Assembly: GCA_052327205.1 (NCBI GenBank) | Contig: JBMRGM010000038.1 | Span: 40,362,001 to 40,426,000 of the forward strand | DNA from: Somniosus microcephalus | Lineage: Eukaryota | Reading direction: 5' to 3' | DNA: 64,000 bases | Position numbers and translations under genes: made by a program | In this document: one piece after another, positions 1 to 9,875 of the stretch | How the letters are laid out: each line of letters begins with the position of its first letter | Position numbering within the stretch: position 1 is the first letter of the stretch | The notes under the pieces: model-generated | Told to the model about the DNA's origin: nothing | What the model saw: only the letters and a program-made list of their open reading frames with translations | Database searches by the model: none

Positions 1-240
1 CACCCAGAGAGTGGTGAACCTGTGGAATTCTCTACCACAGAAGGCAGTAGAGGCCAATTCATTAAATATATTCAAGAAGGAGTTGGATATATTTCTCAAG
101 GCTAAAGGGATCAAGGGGTATGGGGAGAAAGCAGGGACCGGGTACTGAATTTGGATGATCAGCCATGATCGCATTGAATGGCGGAGCAGGCTCGAGGGGC
201 TGAATGGCCTACTCCTGCTCCTATCCTCTATGTTTCTATG
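1..240 (+). mobile_element. CR1 LINE 3' end (young subfamily)
   Basis: Encodes ...TQRVVNLWNSLPQKAVEANSLNIFKKELD...GY*, then the 3' UTR and TATGTTTC tail; near-identical to copies at 2001-2536 and 30715-31665. Confidence 0.85.
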
Positions 241-560
241 TGCCAAGTCCCGTTCACCCATCAGCCCCTGTGCTCGCTGACCTACACTGGCTCCCGGTCC
301 GGCAACTCCTTGATTTTAAAAATTCTCATCCTCGTGTTCAAATCGCTCCATGGCCTCGGTGCGCCGGTGGTGGAGGGAATGAATGTTTAAGGTGGTGGAT
401 GGGGTGCCGATCACGCGGGCTGCTTTGTCCTGGATGGCGTCGAGCTTCTTGAGTGTTGTTGGAGCTACACCCATCCAGGCAAGTGGAAAATTCCATCACA
501 CTCCTTACTTGTGCCTTGTAGATGGTGGAAAGGCTTTGGGGAGTCAGGAGATGAGACACT
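241..560. mobile_element. Abutting L2-like LINE fragments (+ 241-357, - 358-560)
   Basis: 241-357 matches 11845-11930; 358-560 is the reverse complement of the LINE at 14500-14710. Confidence 0.65.
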
Positions 561-837
561 GCTGAAGACGATGGCCTTAGCTTTCTCAGTGTTGAGCTGG
601 ACTAACCAGGTAGAGAAGGCGTGACCGGTGGTGGACTGGTAGAGTTGGGTGTTATTGGCATACATATGGAGGTTGACCCCCATGTCTGTGAATGAGTCGC
701 CAAGGGACAGTAAGGAAGATGAATTGGGGAACTCCACAGTTGTGCATGGGTGGGAAGAGAAGCCATTGCTGGAGAGCAATCCCACGGAGCTGGACATCAG
801 AGGAATGTTGGAGGAGGAAGGTGTGGTCAGTGTTTAT

Positions 838-1593
838 GGCCCAGAAATTCGGGTCGGGGGCTTCCCGCGGATGCAAGCCCCCGACCTGCACTTACCTAGC
901 GCGCCGGCCATTGTTCTGTGGGCCCGCGTGGGATTGCGATCCTGGGCCTCCTCCAGCTGCCGGTGCGCAGTGCTTGCGTATCCCAGGGGCGCAGTTAGTT
1001 CGATGCGTCCCCTGGGATCACGTGGGCCATGGAGAGCCAATGGTAGCAGGGAATGCTTCATTCATAAGTTTGACAGGACTGTCAAACCTATAAATACTAT
1101 AAGCCCCAAAACATCACTAAAACTTCAAATAATTTTTTTTTTTAATCACATTTTTAAAATAAACTATAAATTACATGAAATAACTATTTTAAACAATAAT
1201 TTAAATTTTTGAAAAAATTAATTACATTTTCTAACAGGGCTAAAAATAAACTTACCTTTCTTTAAAGTATTTAAAAATAATAAACCTGTGGAAAAAATGT
1301 TTTAATTTTAATTAATTCACCTTGTAAAAAGCAAGCCTTGCGACTGCTTTTTACATGTCTAACTTCTGGAGACTTACCCTCCCGGGAAAACCTGCAAAAA
1401 AAAACGTAAGTTCGATGCGCCCGCGCTGCCTCTCCCGCGCACGCATTCGACTTCTGAACCCCTTCGTTCAGGGGAACGGAAGTGCCGGTTTCCCCGCGCA
1501 TGCGCAGTGCATGCACGAAACCGGCACTTCCATTGGGCTTACGGGTGAGTACCCCCGTGCGTACTCACCCGTGGAGACCCGAATTTCTGGGCC
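838..1593. mobile_element. Non-autonomous TIR element (PIF/Harbinger-like MITE)
   Basis: Perfect terminal inverted repeats GGCCCAGAAATTCGGGTC ... GACCCGAATTTCTGGGCC, AT-rich core, no transposase; TSD not clean. Confidence 0.7.
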
Positions 1594-1689
1594 AAATGTC
1601 GTTAAACAAGTTTGCTGAAAGCACACAGGTTCTGCTTCTTACCTTGTTATAGGGCAATCTCCTAATCTTGGCTGAGTCACCTGACAGAA

Positions 1690-1981
1690 AGAAAGAAAGA
1701 CTTGCATTTATATAGTGCCGCCAATGAAGTGTAGTCACTGTTGTAATGTAGGAAACGCAACAGACAATTTGCGCACAGCAAGGTCCCACAAACGACAGTG
1801 AGATACTGACCAGATCATTTGTTTTAGTGATGTTGGTAGAGGGATAACAGTGCAGCGCTCCCTCAGTACTGCACTGGAGTGTCAGCCTAGATTTTTGCAC
1901 TCAAGCCTCAGGAGTGGGATTTGAACCCACGACCTTCTGACTCAGAGGTGAGAGTGCGACCCACTGAGCCACAGCTGACAC
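1690..1981 (-). mobile_element. tRNA-derived Deu-domain-type SINE, internally deleted
   Basis: Reverse complement of the head (TGTCAGCTGTGGCTCAGTGG...GGTTCAAATCCC) and tail of the full copy at 44152-44620. Confidence 0.75.
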
Positions 1982-2000
1982 TAATGTCTAATAAGTTCTT

Positions 2001-2536
2001 ATCTGAGGAAGGACGTTCTTGCCATGGAAGGAGTTCAGCGAAGATTCACCAGGCTGATACCTGGGATGGCAGGAATGACGTATGAGGAGAGATTGGGTCG
2101 ATTGGGCTTATACTCGCTGGAGTTTAGAAGAATGAGAGGGGATCTCATTAAAACTTATAAAATTCTGACAGGACTAGACAGACTAGATGCAGGAAGGATG
2201 TTCCTGATGGTCGGGGAGTCCAGAACCAGGGGTCACAGTCTAAGGATAAGGGGTAGGCCATTTAGGACAGAAATTAGGAGGAATTTCTTCACCCAGAGAG
2301 TGGTGAACCTGTGGAATTCTCTACCACAGAAGGCAGTAGAGGCCAATTCATTAAATATATTCAAGAAGGAGTTGGATATATTTCTTAAGGCTAAAGGGAT
2401 CAAGGGGTATGGGGAGAAAGCAGGGACAGGGTACTGAATTTGGATGATCAGCCATGATCTAATGGCGGAGCAGGCTCGAGGGGCCGAATGGCCTACTCCT
2501 ACTCCTATCTTCTATGTTTCTATGTTTCTATGTTCT
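2001..2536 (+). mobile_element. CR1 LINE, 5'-truncated
   Basis: ORF 2024-2437 is a CR1 ORF2 C-terminus (EGVQRRFTRLIPG...RRMRGDLI...FFTQRVVNLWNSLP); (TATGTTTC)n tail. Confidence 0.9.
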
Positions 2537-2677
2537 CTGTTTTATTTTCAGGTGCCAATGATAAATCAGCTCCCCCATGGTCAGATTTATTGTGCTCCAA
2601 TATAGATAACCTCAACAAGCAGAACACAACCCATATCAATATTAAGTGCATGATTGAACCAATGCAAGGTACAGCAG

Positions 2678-5600
2678 ATGGACCATTCAGATTTGGGCAA
2701 GTGTGGTCCAAAACACCAGCGGGTGAATTATGACTCCAGAAGTCGAACAAAAGCAGGTGCCACACTACAGGTCTCAGAAGATAGCCATCAAAGGCCAGTC
2801 CTCGATTCTCAAAGACTTGGCTTTGCAACGAATTCATGTGCGGCCTTGGACAAATTTCGACAGAGGATGGATTCAGGAATGGCAAGACTAAGGCAGAATC
2901 ATAGCAAACCATCTTCAAGTCCTCAGAGCCGAGAAGCTATAACAAGGAAGCATGGTCCACATGGAAAGAAAGAGCCGATAAGGAAAGCAGGGAATGTTTG
3001 TAAACAGAAATTCCAACTCAACTCTGGCCCTGCGTGTGATATTGAAAACCCCAAATTACTGGCGGACTCAACTCCCCGGATTGCAAACTCCCATCCTCGT
3101 TCAGGATTCATATGTACTTCTGAAGGTTTCCAAAAATCTGATGCGATTTCACATGCTAACACTTCTGAACCTCTTCGACCGAAAGATCCAGTAAGATATC
3201 GTCGTGCACATAAAGTATCATTTTCTGACGCACTTCTGTCATACTCTACCCCTTGTCCAAGAAGGAATGTTAAAACATCTCAGCCCCACCCTATATCTGG
3301 TTCATTAAGGCACACTGAAATTTCTCAGTACCGCCCTACCTCTGGTTCAATGAGGCATGCTAAACCATCTCAGTCTCACACTACTTCTGATTCAATGAGA
3401 CGTGCTAAGCCATCTCCGTCTCACTCTATCTCTGGTTTAGTGAAGCATGCTAAAACTTTTCAATATCCCTCTAGCCTTGGTCCAATAAACGCTGCAACAC
3501 CTCAGTCTCACTCTATCCCTGGTCCACTAAGGCACACTGAAACACCCCAGGCTCAGTCTAGCCTTGGTCCACTAAGGCGTACTGAAACATCTCATTCTCC
3601 CTCTAGCGCTGGTCCAGTAAGGCACACTGAAACATCTCGGTCCCACTCTAGCACTGGTCCAGAGAGGCATGCTGAAACATCTCAGTTTCATTCTAAGCCT
3701 GGTCTAATAAGGCATGTAGAAACCCCTCAGTCTCGCTCTACCTCTGGTACAATGAGGCGTGCTATACCATCGCAGTCTCACTCTATCCCTGGTTTAGTGA
3801 AGCATACAAAAACATCTCCTCACTCTAACACTGGTCCAACAAGGCACACTGAAACATCTCACTCTCACTCTAGCTCTGGTCCAGTAAAGCATGGTGACAC
3901 ATCTCATTCTCACTCGAGCCCAAGTCCAATAAAGCAAGCTAACCCATCTCATTTTCACTCGAAACCTAATCCAATAAAGCAAGCTAACACTTTTCATTTT
4001 CACTCTAACGCTGGTCCAATAAAGCAAGCTAACCCATCTCATTTTCACTCAAGGTCTAGTCCAATAAAGAAGGCTGACCCATCACATTCTCACTCTAGCG
4101 CTAGTCCAATAAAGCATGGTGACACATCTCATTCCCACTCTAGCCCTGGTCCAATAAAGCATGGTGAGACATCTCATTCCCACTCTAGCCCTGGTCCAAC
4201 AAAGCATGCTAACATGTCTCATTCTCACTCTAGCACTGGTCCAATAAAGCATGCTAAAACATCTCATTCTCACCCTAGCCCAGGCCCAATAAAGCATGGT
4301 GACACATCTTATTCTCACTCTAGCACTGGTCCAATAAAGAAGGCTGACACATCTCATTCTCACTCTAACCCTTGTCCAATAAAGAATGCTGAAACATCTC
4401 ATTCTCACTCTAACCCTTGTCCAATAAAGAATGCTGAAACATCTCATTCTCACTCTCGCACTGGTCCAATAAAGAATGCTGAAACATCTCATTCTCACTC
4501 TCGCACTGGTCCAATAAAGAATGCTGAAACATCTGATTCTCACTCTCGCACTGGTCCAATAAAGAATGCTGAAACATCTCATTCTCACTCTCGCACTGGT
4601 CCAATAAAGAATGCTGAAACATCTCATTCTCACTCTTGCACTGGTCCAATAAAGAATGCTGAAACATCTGATTCTCACTCTAGCCCTGGTCCAATAAAGC
4701 ATGGTGACACATCTCATTCTCACTCTAGCCCTGGTCCAATAAAGCATGCTGAAACATCTCATTCTCACTCTCGCCCTGGTCCAATAAAGAAGGCTGACAC
4801 ATCTCCTTCTCACTCTAGCCCTGGTCCAATAAAGAATGCTGAAACATCTCATTCTCACTCTAGCCCTGGTCTAATAAAGAATGCTGAAACATCTCATTCT
4901 CACTCTAGCCCTGGTCAAATAAAGAATGCTGAAACATCTCATTCTCACTCTAGCCCTGGTCTAATAAAGAATGCTGAAACATCTCCTTCTCACTCTAGCC
5001 CTGGTCTAATAAAGAATGCTGAAACATCTCCTTCTCACTCTAGCCCTGGTCTAATCAAGAATGCTGAAACATCTCCTTCTCACTCTAGCCCTGGTCTAAT
5101 AAAGAATGCTGAAACATCTCCTTCTCACTCTAGCCCTGGTCTAATAAAGAATGCTGAAACATCTCCTTCTCACTCTAGCCCTGGTCTAATCAAGAATGCT
5201 GAAACATCTCCTTCTCACTCTAGCCCTGGTCTAATAAAGAATGCTGAAACATCTCCTTCTCACTCTAGCCCTGGTCTAATAACGAATGCTGAAACATCTC
5301 CTTCTCACTCTAGCCCTGGTCTAATCAAGAATGTTGAAACATCTCCTTCTCACACTAGCCCTGGTCCAATAAAGAATGCTGAAACATCTCATTCTCGCTC
5401 TAGCCCTGGTCCAATAAAACATGGTGACACATTTCACTCTCAACTTAGCCCTGATACAACAAGACACACTGAACTATCTTGGTCTCATATTACACCTGAT
5501 CCTGTCAGATGTGCTAACACATCGCATTCTCACTCATGCCCTGGTCCAATAAGGCACACTGAAACACCTCCGTCTCCCTCTAGCCCTGGTCCAATAAAGC

Positions 5601-6958
5601 ATGCTAACACATCTCATTCTCCCTCTAGCCCTGATCCATTAAAGCATGCTAGCACATCTCATTCTCACTCATGTCCTGGTCCAGTAAGGCACACTGAAAC
5701 ACTTCTGTCTCACTCTAGCCCAGGCCCAATAAGACACACTGAAACACCTCAGCCACAATTTACCCCTGATCCTGTCAGATGTGCTAACACAGCTCATTCT
5801 CACTCTAGCCCTGGCCCAATAAGAGACACTGAAACATCTCGGTCTCCCTCTAGCCCTGGCCTACTAAGGCACACTGAAACATCTTGGCCTCATTTTTCCC
5901 CTGATCCTGTCAGATGTGCTAACGCAGCTCATTCTCACTCTAGCCCTAGTCCAATAAAGCACATTGAACCACCTCCGTCTCCCTCTAGCCTTGGTCCAAT
6001 AAGGCTCACTGAAACATCTCAGCCTCATTTTACCCCTGATCCTGTCAGATGTGCTAACGCAGCTCATTCTCCCTCTAGCCCTGATCCATTAAAGCATGCT
6101 AGCACATCTCATTCTCACTCATGTCCTGGTCCAGTAAGGCACACTGAAACACCTCTGTCTCACTCTAGCCCCGGCCCAATAAGACACACTAAAACACCTC
6201 AGCCACAATTTACCCCTGATCCTGTCAGATGTGCTAACACAGCTCATTCTCACTCTAGCCCTGGCCCAATAAGAGACACTCAAACATCTCGGTCTCCCTC
6301 TAGCCCTGGCCTACTAAGACACACTGAAACATCTCGGCCTCATTTTTCCCCTGATCCTGTCAGATGTGCTAATGCAGCTCATTCTCACTCTAGCCCTAGT
6401 CCAATAAAGCACATTGAACCTCCTCCGTCTCCCTCTAGCATTGGTCCAATAAGGCGCACTGAAACATCTCAGCCTCATTTTACCTCTGATCCTGTCAGAT
6501 GTGCTAACGCAGCTCATTCTCACTCTAGCCCTAGTCCAATAAAACACATTGAACCTCCTCCGTCTCCCTCTAGCATTGGTCCAATAAGGCTCACTGAAAC
6601 ATCTCAGCCTCATTTTACCCCTGATCCTGTCAGATGTGCTAACGCAGCTCATTCTCACTCTTGTCTTGGACCAGCAACAGCTCGGCCTCCCTCTGTCCCT
6701 GGTCCAATGAGGAGTGCTGTAATATCTCAGTCTCATTCTAAGCCAGGTCCAGTAAGATGCGCCAACACATCTCATTCTCACTCTAGCTCAAGTCTAATAA
6801 AGCAAACTCAAGCACATCAATCTAATTTTAGCCATGATGCAATAAAGCATGCGCACAAACCTCAGACTGCTCTTAGCCTAGTTCCAATGAGGGATGCTAA
6901 TACTGCTGACCGCTTTCCAAACTCAGGAGTATTAACAGAACTAGTTGCCCAATGCTGA
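2678..6958 (+). CDS. Uncharacterised ~1426-aa His/Ser/Pro-rich tandem-repeat protein (large, probably terminal exon)
   Basis: 4.3 kb without a stop; first in-frame ATG 2678; ~190 aa unique N-terminus then ~80 diverged 15-aa units; acceptor-like ttttattttcag ending 2551; AATAAA at 7515-7520. No homology recognised. Confidence 0.55.
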   Translation: MDHSDLGKCGPKHQRVNYDSRSRTKAGATLQVSEDSHQRPVLDSQRLGFATNSCAALDKFRQRMDSGMARLRQNHSKPSSSPQSREAITRKHGPHGKKEPIRKAGNVCKQKFQLNSGPACDIENPKLLADSTPRIANSHPRSGFICTSEGFQKSDAISHANTSEPLRPKDPVRYRRAHKVSFSDALLSYSTPCPRRNVKTSQPHPISGSLRHTEISQYRPTSGSMRHAKPSQSHTTSDSMRRAKPSPSHSISGLVKHAKTFQYPSSLGPINAATPQSHSIPGPLRHTETPQAQSSLGPLRRTETSHSPSSAGPVRHTETSRSHSSTGPERHAETSQFHSKPGLIRHVETPQSRSTSGTMRRAIPSQSHSIPGLVKHTKTSPHSNTGPTRHTETSHSHSSSGPVKHGDTSHSHSSPSPIKQANPSHFHSKPNPIKQANTFHFHSNAGPIKQANPSHFHSRSSPIKKADPSHSHSSASPIKHGDTSHSHSSPGPIKHGETSHSHSSPGPTKHANMSHSHSSTGPIKHAKTSHSHPSPGPIKHGDTSYSHSSTGPIKKADTSHSHSNPCPIKNAETSHSHSNPCPIKNAETSHSHSRTGPIKNAETSHSHSRTGPIKNAETSDSHSRTGPIKNAETSHSHSRTGPIKNAETSHSHSCTGPIKNAETSDSHSSPGPIKHGDTSHSHSSPGPIKHAETSHSHSRPGPIKKADTSPSHSSPGPIKNAETSHSHSSPGLIKNAETSHSHSSPGQIKNAETSHSHSSPGLIKNAETSPSHSSPGLIKNAETSPSHSSPGLIKNAETSPSHSSPGLIKNAETSPSHSSPGLIKNAETSPSHSSPGLIKNAETSPSHSSPGLIKNAETSPSHSSPGLITNAETSPSHSSPGLIKNVETSPSHTSPGPIKNAETSHSRSSPGPIKHGDTFHSQLSPDTTRHTELSWSHITPDPVRCANTSHSHSCPGPIRHTETPPSPSSPGPIKHANTSHSPSSPDPLKHASTSHSHSCPGPVRHTETLLSHSSPGPIRHTETPQPQFTPDPVRCANTAHSHSSPGPIRDTETSRSPSSPGLLRHTETSWPHFSPDPVRCANAAHSHSSPSPIKHIEPPPSPSSLGPIRLTETSQPHFTPDPVRCANAAHSPSSPDPLKHASTSHSHSCPGPVRHTETPLSHSSPGPIRHTKTPQPQFTPDPVRCANTAHSHSSPGPIRDTQTSRSPSSPGLLRHTETSRPHFSPDPVRCANAAHSHSSPSPIKHIEPPPSPSSIGPIRRTETSQPHFTSDPVRCANAAHSHSSPSPIKHIEPPPSPSSIGPIRLTETSQPHFTPDPVRCANAAHSHSCLGPATARPPSVPGPMRSAVISQSHSKPGPVRCANTSHSHSSSSLIKQTQAHQSNFSHDAIKHAHKPQTALSLVPMRDANTADRFPNSGVLTELVAQC
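3250..6900 (+). repeat. 45-bp coding minisatellite (GAAACATCTCATTCTCACTCTAGCCCTGGTCCAATAAAGAATGCT = ETSHSHSSPGPIKNA)
   Basis: Period 45 directly visible (TAGCCCTGGT at 4861 and 4906); homogeneous centre, diverged flanks. Confidence 0.95.
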
Positions 6959-7740
6959 AATTTTGGAAAACTTGACTTCAAACCTCTGAAAGGTGCCAAA
7001 TTCCTGGCCCAGTATTAAGCACTCACAGGACACAAATCTTAAAGCCAATATTCAACGGGTCATACGACTGATGTCAGTCTTACTCAACTTGGCCAATTTC
7101 ATTGCTGACCTTCCAAATTCAGGGCTTGATTCGGTTCAACGTCTTCCCTGCTGGCTTATTCCAGAAAATCTTCAGCTGAGAGGGCAACAAAAAAAAAAAT
7201 GAAATGCAGGCCACATCACATACTTCAATAAGGTCGAGGGTCAGTGTGTGAGGACCACTCCACCAGCAATGGGAGTCGGAGGTCAGGAAGAATGGACAAG
7301 TAAAGAGCTGACCAGGACCACCTTCAATTACTTCACGATTGAAGAGCTGGCTGGGGACTGTTAGCCTTTGCTGAACATTTTCCGACATCGAAGTCTTCAG
7401 TACCTTCACTGTTCATCGTCTGTCAAAAAAAAGAATTGGAGATGCTCTACCTCTTTAATTCCCCATGGGGTACTTTATCAGCTATTTTACTGTAACAGGA
7501 AATGTAGTCAGGCCAATAAAGACAGAGCGGAAAACATTATTTTGCTTTCTGTTGTTATTAATGTCGAGTCCAGAATATCAACAACAACTTGCACTTCTAG
7601 AGCGCCATTAACATAGAAAAATAGACCCAAGGCACTTCACAGAGGTGTAGTCAGAGGAAAAATGGACGTCAAGATATTAGAAGGGCTGACCAAAGGCTTG
7701 ATGAAAGAGGTGGGTTTTAAGGAGGGCCTACATAAGAACA

Positions 7741-9029
7741 CTAGCTGGGGAGCCCCGCGTTGCGAGGGCAATTTTGGGGCGCTTGGTCTCCCTGCCCCTG
7801 TGTGTCCCCCCTCTCCCTGTCATGTCCTCTCCCTGTCCTATCCCTCCCTCCCCTCCGCTCCTCTCCCTCCCCTCCCCTCCCCTCCCCTCCTCTCCCTCCC
7901 CTCCCCTCCTCTCCCTCCCTCCCCTCCCCTGTCTCCCTCCCTCCCTCCCCTCGCCCACCCCCACCCCTCCACTCCCCCGCTCCCCCACTCCCCTCTGTCC
8001 CTCTCTCCGGCCCCTCCCCCTGCCTAGCGCCTGAGGTCCGGAGCTGAGGTCCCCCGCGTATCGCGCGGCTGATGGACGGCCGCTGTGGGCGGGCGGGCGG
8101 CGCATGCGCGGTCAGTGCGGGCGGCGCATGCGCGGTCAGTGCGGGCGGCGCATGCGCGGTCAGTGCGGGCGGCGCATGCGCGGTCAGTGCGGGCGGCGCA
8201 TGCGCGGTCAGTGCGGGCGGCGCATGCGCGGTCAGTGCGGGCGGCGCGAGCCCCCCGCGATTTCCCGAGGCTCGCCCCCCCCCTGCGATTTCCCGAGGCT
8301 CTCCCCCCCCTCCCCCCCCGTGATTTCCCGAGGCTCTCCCCCCCCCCCGCGATTTCCCGAGGCTCTCCCCCCCCTGCGATTTCCCGAGGCTCCCCCCCGC
8401 GATTTCCCGAGGCTCTCCCCCCCCCGCGATTTCCCGAGGCTCTCCCCCCCCCCCGCGATTTCCCGAGGCTCTCCCCCCCCCGCAATTTCCCGAGGCTCTC
8501 CCCCCCCGCGATTTCCCGAGGCTCTCCCCCCCCCTATTAAATTGTTATTTAATTCCCTAACACATCATTAAAATATTTACCTTAGTTCCCTAACACACAG
8601 AAAGTGTGGGGGAAAAAATTGTGAAAAATCAAGATGGCGGCCACTCACCTCGGTTCAGAAGGATAAGGCCCGCCCACACACGCACCGATTGGTCGACCGG
8701 TCAGGTCACCGAAGCGTCGGATTGGTCAATCGTCGAGTCACTCGACACTCAACTGTAGGAAGGAACCCGCCATCCGATTGGTGGACCTCGACGTCACACG
8801 GTCGCTAATGAGATGCTAATGAGCGGAACGCTGAACGTTTTTGGGATACCGCGGGCGGGATTTTTGTCCGGCCGAAACGTAAATACGCCTATGACCGGTC
8901 CGGAATCGCAAGCTTTCTTTTGAGGCGACGCGCACGTCGGTACGCTCTGTAACTTTCAAACGTATAGAGAACGGACAGACATCGGGACAGACATCAGGAC
9001 AGACAGAAGAGCCGCTTTATATATATAGA
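7741..9029 (-). mobile_element. Complete non-autonomous Helitron (1289 bp)
   Basis: Minus strand starts TCTATATATATAAAG and ends with hairpin GCCCTCGC-AAC-GCGGGGC then TCCCCAGCTAG; inserted between A and T with no TSD; flanks rejoin to cataagaaca|taagaaataggagcagg, a reverse-strand CR1 tail. Confidence 0.9.
8093..8535. repeat. Two GC-rich tandem arrays inside the Helitron
   Basis: 6 x 24-bp GCGGGCGGCGCATGCGCGGTCAGT, then 10 x ~26-bp GCGATTTCCCGAGGCTCT(C)n. Confidence 0.9.
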
Positions 9030-9439
9030 TAAGAAATAGGAGCAGGAGTAGGCCAATCGGCCCCTCGAGCCTGCTCCACCATTCAATAAGATCATGGCTG
9101 ATCTGATCCTAACCTCAAATCTTCTTTCACTCTCCATCCCACCCAAACCCATGTGATCCCCCGGGAGAGGCGAAAAACCAGATAGAAAGTCTTGCATTTC
9201 TGTCACGATTTTCACGACCACCGGATGTCCCAAAGCGCTTTACAGCCAATGAAGTACTTTTTGAAGTGTTGTCACTGTTGTAATGTAGGAAGCGCGGCAG
9301 CCTATTTGCGCACAGCAAGCTCCCACAAACAGCAACGTGATAATGACCCGGATAATCTATTTTTAGTGATGTTGATTGAGGGGTAGAACTCTTCTCCTGC
9401 TCTTCTTCGAAATAGTGCCATGGGATCTTTTCCGTCCAC

Positions 9440-9875
9440 CTAATTGCCCTTGAGAAGATGGTGGTGAGCCACCTTCTTGAATTGCTGCAGTCCTTGTGGC
9501 GAAGGTACTCCCACAGTGCTGACTTTGTCGTAGCAATTTGTTACAACCGAGTGACTTGTTGGGCCATTTCAGAGGGGAAGTTAAGAGTCAACCACATTGC
9601 TGTGGGTCTGGAGTCACATATAGGCCAGACCGGGTAAGGGCGGCAGATTTCCTTCCCTAAAGGACATTAGTAAACCAGATGGGTTTTTACGACAATCCGA
9701 TAGTTTCATGGTCAACCATTACTGATACTAGCTTTTTATTCCAGATTTATTTAATTAACTGAATTTAAATTTCCCAGCTGCCGTGGTGGGATTTGAACTC
9801 ACGCTTCACGGATCATTAATCCAGGCCTCTGGATTGCTGGTCCAGTAACATAACCACTGTGCTACCGTACCCCAT
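9440..9875 (-). mobile_element. Second tRNA-headed SINE family with an L2-like tail
   Basis: Minus strand GGGTACGGTAGCACAGTGGTTATGTTACTGG...GAGTTCAAATCCC (A and B boxes); another copy at 28280-28525. Confidence 0.65.

Noticed and set aside
4082-4858. Minus-strand repeat ORF (RCFSILYWTRARVRM)
   Set aside because: Interrupted by stops outside the homogeneous core, whereas the + frame is open throughout
7662-8571. Pro-rich and Arg/Gly-rich ORFs
   Set aside because: Low-complexity and tandem sequence inside the Helitron
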